Assembly (NCBI GenBank): GCA_021613535.1
Contig: CP075493.1
Coordinates: 16,430,001-16,494,000, forward strand
Source of the DNA: Adineta vaga
Lineage: Eukaryota > Animalia > Rotifera
Direction of reading: 5' to 3'
Length of the DNA: 64,000 nucleotides
Each line of letters begins with the position of its first letter. Within the stretch, counting starts at the first letter, position 1. Below the pieces are notes generated by a model. It was not told where the DNA came from. It made no database searches and saw only the letters and a list, made by a program, of their open reading frames with translations. Both the position numbers and the translations under genes were made by a program. Shown one piece after another: positions 12,835 through 24,809 of the stretch.

Positions 12835-14710
12835 TTATAAACAAATAGTTAAATACTTATCCTCATGATGAATATAATATGCAGTTGATCTATATTTCAA
12901 AGGTGTATAAGCAGAGAACCATATTTTAGTATTTGAACAATATATATGATCATCAATCCAAGTTGTTTTAATATAAAATAAATGAGGTAAATGTTTACCA
13001 TTAAGTAACAAATTAAGACAATCATTATATTCATTATTCTGACTCAATTTTAATTCAATTGAATTGAGATTTGGAAAACATTTAACAAGAATTTTTAACT
13101 TTGATAATGAATCAATTTCATTTTCTTTGAGAATTAAATGGCGAATATATGGATAAATATTTGATTGATTGAATGATTCTAATTTTGTTGATAATGTTAA
13201 TTTATGAATATGTTTTGGTAATGTTGCAAATATTAAGTCTTTATCATTGATAATTAAATGTTTAAGACGACGAAATTCTTCTGATGAAAAGTTAATTTCA
13301 GATTGAATAGTTAATGTTTCAATATTTGAAAAACGATGTGAAAGATTTTGAGTTTGTTTCTCAACGATTAAATATTTTACATTTAAACAAATACTGTCAA
13401 GATCATTTTCATCTAACATTGATAAATTTAAATGTTCAAAATGCCAAGGAATTGTATAAATATGATTAGATGTTGATTTAAATACAATTGGCCAATGTTT
13501 TTCTAATGATTTAAAAATCTAAACAGAAAAATTGTTTATTAAATCGAATAAGATAATATTTTCTTCTTACTTTTACATAATTGTGAAAACTTGATTGAAT
13601 CGAACAATAAAAATAATGAAGTCGAGGTAAATATTTTTTAAATAAAATTTCAATATGATTTTCATTTAAAGAACTTTCATCTGTTTGAACCCAATTTTTA
13701 ATATTGATTATTAATTTTTGTAAAAAAGTAAGTGGATAAATAATACTTTCAAAATAATCAATATCCATAAGAATATTTTCATTTGTTTCTAATTGAAATT
13801 CAATTAATTTTAACATTGCTTTCATTGAATAATTAGGAAATTTTAATGATTGATAATTTGAATGTTTATGAGAAATAATAACATTAAGAAAAATTAAATT
13901 TGGTAGAAAATCATCAAAAATAATCAAAAGATCATCAATTGTTTGTAGATTTATTGTTACTCGTTTCAGATATTGATTTGGAGATAATTGTTTATCAAGA
14001 ATAATTCCTTCATTGACTACCAATTCAAGTGTATTTAATCTATAAGATAAAAATTCACGACATATCTCGATTATATTACAATATATATATGATGTTTTCT
14101 TTATAGAATTTGATTTCGATGAAACAATACGTAATGATTTTAATGCTGAAAATTTGTTCAAATATAATTTAATTTGAAAAAAATGATCATTTGAGCATAA
14201 TTGAGTAAACGATAAATGATGAATATTATTTAAAAAAGATTGTGGTAAGAAATTTAATATATTCGTCAATAGTAGTATTTGTGTTGGTATGATTTCATTA
14301 CCGATAGTTAATATATTTGGTTGAATTGATTGATTTTGAAATAATGATATAAAATATTGATAATCTGAATAAGATAATTTACTTAAATCAATATTTTCTC
14401 GATAATTTGTGATACATTGAAATGATCGATTATTATATCCATAAAATGATTTAAGTACATCGATTGGTGATAAATAATGAAATATTATAAGAAGAATTTC
14501 ATCAGGTAAATTATCGAAATGTGTAACATATTTCTTGGAGGATAAAGATGCAGGATAGGATTGTTTTGTTTTTTTGTGCGAATATATTGAATAATCGTCA
14601 TAGTAAAGTCCTTTTTTGATTAACTAAACAAACAGAAAATATACATTAGGTGAATTTTCTGTTTTTGTTATTCGACTTACGTAAGATTTGTTTCTTTTAT
14701 TATGTGTCAT
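12835..14710 (-). CDS. F-box/LRR protein, 3 exons (approx. 14710-14681, 14623-13571, 13518-12835), apparently intact
   Basis: Spliced translation MTHNKRNKSY|LIKKG...VTHFDNLPDEILLIIFHYLSPIDVLKSF (F-box) stays in frame through both GT-AG introns; IYTIPW motif and LRR-like repeats. Confidence 0.85.
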
Positions 14711-15007
14711 TTCAATAAGATATTTATCTTGTCATTTTCAATGCATATTGTATATAAATATATACCAATTGATAAGAAATATTCTTTGTTAAAAATAAAC
14801 GAACATTATATATGCTAATATGAACTAGAAGCAATCAACTGTCGTCAGAAATGATCATCGATGTATAAAGAAAACAAAAGGTCATGAAATAGCTATTCGT
14901 CTTTTTTCCAGATGATTTTAGCATCCGCAATTGACTTCAATCAAACGTTGTGCTGATTGGTTTCTCGCTTGACAAATGGATGTGATCTTCATTTATTTTC
15001 TTGGGGT

Positions 15008-15061
15008 GGGTGTGGGTAAAGATACAATAAGAGCCAACCTTACCCACGCTCACACCCACCC
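15008..15061. repeat. Inverted telomere-like mini-element, copy B of a direct-repeat pair
   Basis: 52/54 identical to 12719-12772. Confidence 0.9.
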
Positions 15062-15491
15062 CTAATGAAATAGTTTTACCTTTTCAATTATTCGTTTTAT
15101 TTAAAAATTTTATCCTTAATTTCAATATATATTTTGATTTTGAACAACAACTTAATTTTGTTCAAACAAGAAACTTTAAACGGTCAATGAAATATTATGA
15201 AAAAAAGACGAAAACATCATTGGAAAGAAGTACCAAATGAAAATGAATCATCTGGGATCAGTAGTGAGTAATGATCACGATCTGTGATGAAAATGAAACA
15301 TTTACTCGCGTCTTTTAAAAGACTTCTATTTCTTCTTGATGGAACCGTGGAACGCCACATTGAAATAGTGACGAGAAATCAAATGGATGAGATATTAAAG
15401 TGTGTTTCGTTCAAAATGAGAACCATCTAGTGTTCTTACAATCGCATCGAAAACGCTAAGGACTTTTCGAGACGAACGAACTCTTCATACG

Positions 15492-15570
15492 CCATCTTGA
15501 GGGTGTGGGTGACAGCGGGGCTGATATTGTTCCCTTCGCTGTAAACCCTAGATCCACACCTATCCTCCAC
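15492..15570. repeat. Inverted telomere-like mini-element with CCATCTTGA outer motif
   Basis: CCATCTTGAGGGTGTGGGTGA...ATCCACACCTATCCTCCAC. Confidence 0.75.
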
Positions 15571-15724
15571 GTTCAATTTTCAGGTTACGCGATATCGACG
15601 GGTGATTATAAAATTTTCTATTTTATCTGAAAGTAACAGAGAATTCTTTTATTCAACGTAGTTTCTAAAGTTTCTTCATAAAAGTATGTTGTCGACAACA
15701 TTTTCATTCAGATTCTGTCTTCTA

Positions 15725-15781
15725 GAGTGGGTATGGGTGTGGGTGTCAGATAGATGCATTAGCCACACCCACACCCTTCAA
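15725..15781. repeat. Inverted telomere-like mini-element
   Basis: GAGTGGGTATGGGTGTGGGTGT-CAGATAGATGCATTAG-CCACACCCACACCCTTCAA. Confidence 0.85.
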
Positions 15782-16364
15782 CCTAAAGAAAACTTCTAAT
15801 ATATAAAAATTAAACTAGTGCATTTCACTCAATTTTTATATGAGTCATAGGAATACTAGCGAAATGGAAGAAAGTATATTACAACAATGGAATTGATATG
15901 CATATATACAATAAATCCTTGATTATCTTTGTTTAGAGACGATTAAAAAGGAACTAGAAAATTTTGAAAGAATAAATAAACTGTGCATTTGGTAAAATAA
16001 TTCGCTAGTTTTTATTTGTAATAAACTTTCGGAATGATTACATTATGTTGTTGAAAAAGTGTTAAATTGAAATTAAAATAAAATATCATTATCTTTTATA
16101 AAGATCTGTTCTTATTCATACATTTTATAATAATCAGACATTATCTTTACCTTCTTTTCAATCTTTTCTCATTATACCGAGAACAAAACTAGTATTTTTC
16201 AGATAATTATCAAAAGATTCTTTTATTCTTCTATTAAAGTTTGTTTAAAAAATGAATAGTTTGGAGATAAGAATGTATGGATATACTTATAAATAAATAG
16301 AAAACAATGTATCTTATGTATATTGATCACTTTCTTATCGGTTAGAGTTTTCTGATGATTTCAT

Positions 16365-16794
16365 TCAGTATTTGCGACCTGGTTGTTGAGTTATTTCTTT
16401 AGTCAAGACATCACCATTTATGGTAAATGTTGGTCGTTGAGGATTTGATCCATTATAAATACCTTTGATAGAAAAGCAGCAACAATAACGACCTTTAAAT
16501 CCATCATCACTGTACCGAACAGGTGCATTCCATTTATCCATTGGTCCTGATTCCTAAAATATTCGAAATTAATTAATATTTTCTCTTGTACAGTATCGAT
16601 CTACTTGTAACTTAAACATTTTATTAATAATGATCATTATTTATATGAGAAAAGTATTCGTTTTTAACTCTTACCGATTTGACGTAACATATTTGTCCAT
16701 TACTTTCGATGTCCATAGAAGCTGAATCGTTATTAGACCATGATCCAACAAAATGTTGTGGAACTTGTGTAGAAGAAGAGTGGTTCATACCCAT
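16365..16794 (-). CDS. Small two-exon protein (~102 aa) of unknown function, absent from the ORF track
   Basis: Exons 16794-16675 and 16553-16365 splice in frame: MGMNHSSSTQVPQHFVGSWSNNDSASMDIESNGQICYVKS|ESGPMDKWNAPVRYSDDGFKGRYCCCFSIKG...GRKY*. Confidence 0.7.
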
Positions 16795-16806
16795 TATAGA
16801 ATTAAC

Positions 16807-16820
16807 TATCTATCTATCTA

Positions 16821-16855
<35 letters not shown>

Positions 16856-17692
16856 AAGAATATTTGTCTGTTTGTTTGTTTGCTATGCATTTGGAGACCG
16901 TAAGAGCAAATGCAATAAAACTTTCCAGAGATGGTCTCTACACTCGGGGGAAGGTCGACATATACTATGTTTCGAAAAAAAATGAATCATACGCTTGCTA
17001 CAAGTGATCCAGAAAACTGACTAACAGGACTGCAGCATTTCAAATTTCAAAATGTTTGTCTGTCTGCCTGCTCGTTATGCATTCAATCTCTGTGATAGCT
17101 AACTTCACGAAACTTTCTACGATGCTTTCTTAGATCAAGAAAAATACAAGGATGCTATTAGAATCACTAAGAAGGGTTGAAAGCGATGTGTTTGGATGAT
17201 ATTGCACCCACATCCACCCATATTCTCAATTAGGTTTCTATTACAGGTACCGTCACCGAAATTTCCATGGTACTTCTGTACGTCCAAAGGAAGATCGAGA
17301 ACGGGTAAAAGTACTCAATGAAGGGCCAGCGAGAGAGCATTGGTTGAAATTCGATACCCACCGACAATTCTTGGAGAGTAGGAGGCCCTGTCTGAGGGTA
17401 AAGTTTCACCCAGATGGCTTTGTCGTAAATAATGTCACCAAATTTTCAATAGCTCTTGCTCAAGCTCAATTGAAGATGGAGAGAGTGCTAACGATATTAT
17501 TCAGAGTTGAGAGGGCATACCTGGGTGAAAATTCACTGAGACAGTTACGTACTGGCTAAGGGAGGGTGTGAGGATCTTCTGAGACACGACGGGTGAATAC
17601 TAACAGAGAGGTCCGGTGGGTGATGAGAAGAGCAATGTTGTAGATGGAAAACGTAAATTGTGTCCTATTTGCAGCGGGTATCTCCGATAGTA
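16807..17692 (+). mobile_element. Probable non-autonomous Helitron-like element
   Basis: Starts with (CTAT)n(TA)n, then TGTCTGTTTG microsatellite blocks repeated near 16863 and 17053; ends with GC-rich GCAGCGGGTATCTCCGATAG resembling a degenerate CTAG terminus. Confidence 0.45.
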
Positions 17693-18149
17693 TACTTTAA
17701 ATCTTAGTTTATATATAGTATGATGAAAAGTTTAAAAAAATTTCTCGTTGCCAAGTTAAAAGTTTTCTTTTTTACGTCAATGATGAAATGATTGATTAAA
17801 GAGAAAAAATTGCTCTGTTTATTCGATTTCGTTCTACTTTTAATATTAAAATAAAATGATGAAAAATAATTCATTCTGCTTCGAACTCATGTGATCGAAT
17901 TTAACTATTTTCATTCACATTCATTCTTCACTACAATGAGGATATGTTGTCATTGACACATTTTTTTATGCAAGAGCCATAAACAAAAATACGTCATCTT
18001 ATGAGTCAGCAAATGTTGATTCACAAATTTTGTACAAATATATATTCCCGTAGAAACTATAATTTAAAAAAACATTTTCTTTCAATAGAAATATATTTAT
18101 AATACAATTTATATATGATTATTTCCAACTAAGAATTCACTGTCATAAA

Positions 18150-18674
18150 AATTGACATAAAATAATAAATCTGTTAAGAAAATCCATTAGTTTTGTAAAC
18201 GATTATAACAATATATTGTTCGCAATACGTTTTTTTACTCTACATCCTTTGAGCATTATAGAAAATAAAATCGTTTTTTATTCTTCATCAATTTTGAATA
18301 ATAACATTAAATTTCAATTGGTGTTTATCGAATTAAAAAAATCAACAAAAAATACTCGAACACTTCAAATATCTCGATTTAATCAAAAACGTGATCATGA
18401 ATTTCTTCGAAATATTGTTATTATAATTAGTATTTATTTAACTGGTTGAATATCAACTATAATAGCAGATTTAATTCAAAATAAATTGTTATATTTGATA
18501 AACTTAATCACTCAAATATTTACTGTATTTCTTGCAAATCTATATACGATTTTATTAGATAGGAAACTTCGTCATGTAATCAAAACTTTCGTATGTCTAA
18601 CAATGCCCATAATTCCTTTTAACAATGCACATCCAATAATTAGGATTGAACAAATTCAACAACTTCGAACATAA
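18150..18674 (+). pseudogene. Decayed rhodopsin-type GPCR fragment
   Basis: RFNQKRDHEFLRNIVIIISIYLTG* followed by ANLYTILLDRKLR (TM6-TM7-like) with stops. Confidence 0.45.
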
Positions 18675-18748
18675 TATTATTTACGAACAATTAATATACT
18701 TTTCTTTATAAATTATTTCTTTAAAAAATTGATTTGACGCGTTATAAC

Positions 18749-18834
18749 GGGTGTGGGTGGATAGGGATGAGTGCAAGTCAGAGTCTCTATCCACCCACAC
18801 TCATACACACACCCACACCCTCAAGATGGTGATT
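18749..18834. repeat. Inverted telomere-like mini-element with full TCAAGATGGTGATT outer motif, abutting a TPR pseudogene
   Basis: GGGTGTGGGTGGATAG...CTATCCACCCACACTCATACACACACCCACACCCTCAAGATGGTGATT. Confidence 0.85.
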
Positions 18835-19915
18835 ACTAACGAGCATTACATTATTTTTCTCATGCTACATCAATTTATGAAAGAACTTTTCCATCAGATG
18901 ATTATAGAGTGATTGAGCAGTTAGTTAATATTATGGACAAACTCTTGGAGAGTGCAACAAAAAGCTCTTGCATTACACGAGACTATTATTTCTAACGACC
19001 GAACGAGTATTGCGTTTAATCTTGATCCCCTCGCTCAGATTTCACTTTTGAATGGTGACGAAGAAAATAATATTGATCTCATTCAACGTGCTCTTGAAGG
19101 AAAACGAACATATATTACAGCGAAGATCATCCTTACATAGCAGATAATTTAACGAGTTTAGGCAATATTTTCAAAGAACGAGGACAATATGACAACGCTT
19201 ATAATACTTACGTACAAGCTTTGAATATTTATGAAAAGATAAATCCAAATGAACATCCAGAGTCTGCTGTTGTCCTGCACGGTATTGGTTATGTTAATCA
19301 AGAAAATGGAGATTATGAAACATCTCTTTTATATTATAGAAAAGTGGAAATAATCTATCGAAAATATATGTCACCTAAAAATCCGAATTTCATTCGTCTT
19401 CTCTTATGTTTTACAGAAAACGCACATGATGTTAGCAGACACTTATATGCTTCAAGGAGACGTGCTTGAAGCGCTTTATACATATGAAAAAAGATTATAA
19501 GAACTTTGTGATAATGATCATCAAAATCATACTGGTTCCTTTATTGTCCAAGATCTTTATACGGAAGCATTTGTCAATACACCTACTGTTAATGAGATTC
19601 TTCATATAGGAAGAAAGAGATGCAATAACGTTTTATTATAAAATGTATCTATATCAACAATTATTTATAGATAAGAAACAACGAGCTTCAGCCACAACAC
19701 TTCCTGCTTGTCATTATGAGAAACAATATCAATATGAACTTGCACGATATTATCATGAAAAAGCACGGAATTTGTATATACAATTAATGACAGATGCAAA
19801 TGTCGATTCAGATATAAACGAATTGATTAGTTTAACCAATGAAATCAATTCTCATATTTTGCACCTAACAGTTCATTTAGCATCAAGAACGTTTCCTTTC
19901 TTGTATGGGCTCTAG
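18828..19915 (+). pseudogene. 5'-truncated TPR-repeat gene with stops and frameshifts
   Basis: GDY*RALHYFSHATSIYERTFP; IADNLTSLGNIFKERGQYDNA; HPESAVVLHGIGYV TPR motifs. Confidence 0.75.
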
Positions 19916-20363
19916 AATATTATATGAGAGATCAAACTTATTCTATTATTAATTGTTTATTTGTTTACGATTATTATCGTCGTTTTGAAACTTTGGAATT
20001 TTATTTGATACACAAATGATTCATACATCAAATCGTTTTCGGACAAAAAGTGAAATATGTTTTAATTATTGTATTGATTTCGACAGGAATTACTAATATT
20101 GATGATGATGATAATAATGTTAATGATTTTGGTGTATTGTGAATAATTCTTCAGAAATTCGAACATTTATTTGAATGCATTTCGAAAATTATTAAAGAAA
20201 CAAATTCACGAATATAAATACTCTCTTGTCGTTTATGTGGTGTAGCTATATTTTTCAAAACTTAACTTAAACTTTATAAATATATACTAGCTAGCATAAG
20301 TTTATGAGAAGTGTACTGTTCATCTATAGAATTGGGTGAAAGTAAAACCGATCAAAGGCAGAG

Positions 20364-20813
20364 TTATTCGTCTAAAGTCGAAAGTAAGTCATCCATGACG
20401 TAGACACCTGCTGTATCCTCAATAGGTTGTCCATCTGGCTTATAACGTTGATAGCCACCAACTGCAAGTTGAAGACGAATAAATTTATTGTCAGGTACTG
20501 CAACCTAAAATGTTAACATTAAACAAAATATCTCAATATATGACAAGTTATTTCTTTCTTTTGCACCTGAAAATCTTCAACTTTACCACAAGCTGGAACA
20601 CAACGGTAACGCACTGGTTTCAACTCAAAATTTACCGGTATCGATGGAAATTTTTCCCGAACTTTTTCATTTATTCGATCTTTGTGCTGAAAAGAATCAA
20701 TTTATTAATCGATCGAAAACAGATTAATGAGAACTCTACTTATTTACCCTATTGAACGTTGCGATATCTTCATCTGTTACTTCTCTATATTCATAAACCC
20801 AATTTCTTGACAT
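20364..20813 (-). pseudogene. Small three-exon gene, possibly cystatin/stefin-like fold, with a 1-nt frameshift at the end of exon 2
   Basis: MSRNWVYEYREVTDEDIATFNR|HKDRINEKV...LKPVRYRCVPACGK...|VAVPDNKFIRLQLAVGG...LDE*; canonical splice sites; fold call is by eye only. Confidence 0.4.
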
Positions 20814-21099
20814 TCTTGTGAAAATGCTTATATATAACAATATCTAAAAGCATAATATCTTTTTCAGTAACTCATATTGTTCTTTGAAAAGTTATGACGG
20901 AAATCAAGCAGGGTTAATTATGCTATTTATTGATTTGATAATATGAGAATAAAATTTGACAACATCAATACAATTCGATTATACTGTGTGAATTATGTAT
21001 AAGGGAGAAAAGCACAGAATGTGAAGAAATTAAACTTTTTTCACTTCAATTTTGTTGTCTTTCACACTTGTTCTTGTATCATCAGTATACAACAATTGG

Positions 21100-21320
21100 C
21101 TCTGATTATCTTCAATTCTTGCGCTTATTGTAAAACCGTAATCGGGAACTTTTGTCCTTGTTTCAAAGTTATCTTTTGTTAACCAAGTGTAAGACCTGGT
21201 GCGTCCATACGACCAATATTTTCAACTACAACTGTTAATGTTTCATTGCCGTTAAATATATCATTTTCAGAGCCGTTCTTTCCAGTAACGATACCTGTTG
21301 CTTTTCCTGACATTATTCCC
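21100..21320 (-). pseudogene. YbaY/YscW-lipoprotein-like fragment
   Basis: TLTVVVENIGRMDAPGLTLG*QKITLKQGQKFPI resembles the YbaY core; in-frame stop present. Confidence 0.4.
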
Positions 21321-21643
21321 TATGAAAGATGTGAATATGATTTTAGAATAACAATTGATAGATATCTCTTTTAGGAATAAAACAGATCAGTTTTAGTTCG
21401 GATATCTATTATTTGTTCTAAGCTTATGAGTGATTGAAAAGAAAAGAATACAGTATCTACCTTTGATATGGTATGCTTCAACCGAATCTATGCTGTGTGT
21501 GTGTGTATTGAAAAATGAAAAACAACTTAATTTTTGATGGTTTATATACATTAAGCTTATCGCTCTTCGCTGTTTACGCTCGATTAATTTTAATGCAAGG
21601 ATATTTACCTTGTTTGAGAAATCTAAACATACCTCTCTCTTTG

Positions 21644-22471
21644 TTATATTTGAGTTGCAACTGCTAAGATTGCATTTGCTCTTCGTCTGATTCTTTTCAT
21701 CACAGCTGCTTTAACTGGATCTGTAAATTGAAATAAAATTACCATTAAAGGTACCAATGATACATCTATAGATATGGAAGCAAGTCGAAAATAATATTTT
21801 GGAAGATCAGTGAAAAATGATGTTATAACGAATGTTATATATGGAATACCAAATAACAATGAGATAGTTACTAATATAAGTGTATGTCGAACCATTTTTA
21901 ATTCTCGTTTTGCATGAAATAAAGTATTTGCAGGTGTTATACGTTTACTCGTTTCTTTCACATAATGAAATAATTTTATATACGTTAATATTTGTATTAG
22001 AAGAGGAAATATATAGACAGTAAACATCATATAAATAATTGAAAAAGAAAATTGAAATGGTATAAAACATGCTTGATTGTCAATATTATAAATGATTTCA
22101 CCACGAAGTAGATATTCAAGAGAACATGCAATACAAATGAGAAGAAATTGAAACCTTGCTGATTGATAAAATAAACGAGCTGGATAAACAACAATTATAC
22201 ATCGATAAAGTGCTTCTAAGAAAAATGCAAAATACAATATAGCACTTCCAACATATGCCAGGTAAGGATGAACTATACAATATGAATTATGATATTGAAT
22301 TTGTTTGTAATCATTTTCTAATTCCGATGAAGCTATTCCTAACATACCACATGCAAATATTAATATACCCAAACAAGAATTTGCAGTTAACATCATAAAG
22401 ATTGTATGACATGTTTTGTCAGCTATGATTATAACTATGAAAGATTCAATTCTTTTGACAAATATCTTCAA
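21644..22471 (-). CDS. Rhodopsin-type 7TM GPCR, N-terminus possibly missing
   Basis: Multiple TM helices, EALYRC (DRY-like), QFTDP in TM7. Confidence 0.7.
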   Translation of the reverse strand: MKIFVKRIESFIVIIIADKTCHTIFMMLTANSCLGILIFACGMLGIASSELENDYKQIQYHNSYCIVHPYLAYVGSAILYFAFFLEALYRCIIVVYPARLFYQSARFQFLLICIACSLEYLLRGEIIYNIDNQACFIPFQFSFSIIYMMFTVYIFPLLIQILTYIKLFHYVKETSKRITPANTLFHAKRELKMVRHTLILVTISLLFGIPYITFVITSFFTDLPKYYFRLASISIDVSLVPLMVILFQFTDPVKAAVMKRIRRRANAILAVATQI

Positions 22472-23052
22472 CTAAATATTGAAAAAAGAGTTTTAATAAA
22501 AAAAAGCTTTTATGAATAATAAGAGTATCTGTCAAGTGTACATAAACGGTAGGAAAAGGTGAAGAAACGCATTTAAATACTTAATCAAAAGCTGAAATTC
22601 TCAATTATTCACGTGTTATTAATAAAATATTAGACATTCCTTTTTTTTAATGAAATTATCACTTGTAGAATGTAAAAATGGTGTGAGGCTTAAAAGCACT
22701 CTTTCAAATAAAAAATAACATGAATGGTTCACAATCACGATTCTCCATAGGATGTTAAATGCGTTCTTCCGAATTGTTGCCTGCTAGACATCTATAAATA
22801 CATGCAATGAAGAACAAATTGACAATTAAATTCTCTTTAATTAGGAATTCATGATTATTTGTGATGTATTAGAATTAAAAATGAAATGAATATTACTCTC
22901 GCTTTACTTATATTAAAAGAAAATATTGCGGAAAAAGAATAAAATTTAAAAGAAATACTATGGCGTGACGTATAGCTTTTATTCCTATGCAAACATAAGG
23001 ACATTTTCATATACATAATGTATGTGTTTTTCCGTATATATATAGGTGACGA

Positions 23053-23092
23053 TGTGGGTGAAGAAGATATAGATATACCCACACCCGCACCC
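23053..23092. repeat. Inverted telomere-like mini-element
   Basis: TGTGGGTGAAGAAGATATAGATATACCCACACCCGCACCC. Confidence 0.8.
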
Positions 23093-23574
23093 TTTTTATA
23101 AAAATAGTTTTTCTTTCTATGCCTCGTAATAGAGAAGAAAATTGCAAAATACTGAGAGGCTCGTTTAATCCGGGACATCCGTTATTCATGAACTATAAAG
23201 AATCTGTTCACTACTCTATCATTATCAATACAAAAATTAAATTTATACGATAGAATTTTATCTCTTTGATATTATCCAGATATTTAAATAATTGAAGAAT
23301 ATTTTTCTCAGTGTATAAATGCATCAATATTTGTCATCGATAAAAAATAATTGGACATAAATATTTACATTTGTTCTATATATTTAATATCCTTACAGAT
23401 AAAAAACTGCACGTGTTTGAAAAAAAAACTCACATTTCATTCATATCTTCACTTTCTACATCAAACTTGTTTTTGCAGATACTCTTTTTTCTGTCATCAT
23501 TTGTACTTATTATAAAGTATTTATACAAGAATAGGTTATTCGATAAAAATAAAAGACTCTGAATAGCTAACAAG

Positions 23575-24656
23575 ATGATTTGGTCTCTTCATACATTACC
23601 TATGGAGTTTGTTAGTCGTATAATTGACAATCTTAGTGAAGAAGATATATTACTATCATTATATAATGTCTGTAAACGATTGAATATCATAATTGATGTA
23701 TATCCTCGATATCAAGTAAAGTTAAATTGATTTCTTTTATTTTTCTCATATGAATGTGAATTTAAATTAATTAATTAATGAACGTGTTATGATATATTAG
23801 ATTCTATCAAAAAATTTCTCTATAGACTTTGACTGAACTTAACTTCCATCGGAAGAAACTTAATGAACAACAAATACAATATCTGGTTGAATTTTTAGAA
23901 ACAAATTCAGTGAGAAAATAGTCTTTCTCGTTTTTACAATATCGTTTCTAATATCTTTCTATACAGACAATTACTTCACTTTCTTTTTCAAACAATCGAA
24001 TAGGTTCAGAAGGAGCAAAATATTTGGCTAAATTATTAGAAAACAATACAGTAAGAAATTTGTTTTCTTTTCTTTTGTTCAATCTGCATAATCTCTGTTA
24101 TATGAATAATATAGACATTGGTCTCAATCTATATTTCAAATGAAAAGATTGGTGCACAAGGTACAAAATATTTAGCTAAGGCATTAGAAAAGAATGCGGT
24201 GAGAGAGATTTCCTTTTTCTTTTCTATTACATATTAATTGATTTTCTTGTAACTCAGACATTGACTAAACTATTTATTGAGGAAGATAATGCTGGTACAC
24301 AAGGAGCATATCATCTCGCACAAGCATTACAGAAAAACACAGTATAGAATCTTCTTTTTCTTTCTTTCTATGAATTATTCTGCATTACATTACAATTTAG
24401 ACAATTACTCATCTAAGTCTTGAAGCAAACAAAATCGGTAATACAGGAGCGCGACATTTTGCGCGCGCTTTGAAGAAAAATACGGTAAAAAATTTTCTCG
24501 GTCTTATTTCCTTTAAATAATAATTCTTATTATTATTTAATATAGACACTTGTCCAACTTTATATTACAAATAATGGAATAGAAGATCATGTGGGAGAAC
24601 ATTTATTCGAAAGCATCAATCAATCCATCGACAGAGTCTATTATTCTGATGATTAA
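23575..24656 (+). CDS. F-box plus ribonuclease-inhibitor-type LRR protein with one ~84-bp exon per LRR, absent from the ORF track
   Basis: MIWSLHTLPMEFVSRIIDNL (F-box), then exons such as TITSLSFSNNRIGSEGAKYLAKLLENNT separated by short GT-AG introns. Confidence 0.8.
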
Positions 24657-24809
24657 AATGTTCTCAATTCAATAGAGTATTCATAGATTCAATAATCTTC
24701 TTTATATCATTTCTCTCTTTTGTTTTTTTTTTCTATCATGATAAACTAATAAGTCTCTTTAAAGTGTATTTTATTGAAATTTTGATTTAAAATAAAAGAA
24801 TGAAATCAG

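Noticed and set aside
16709-17007. ORFs with IY repeats
   Set aside because: Artefacts of the (TA)n microsatellite.
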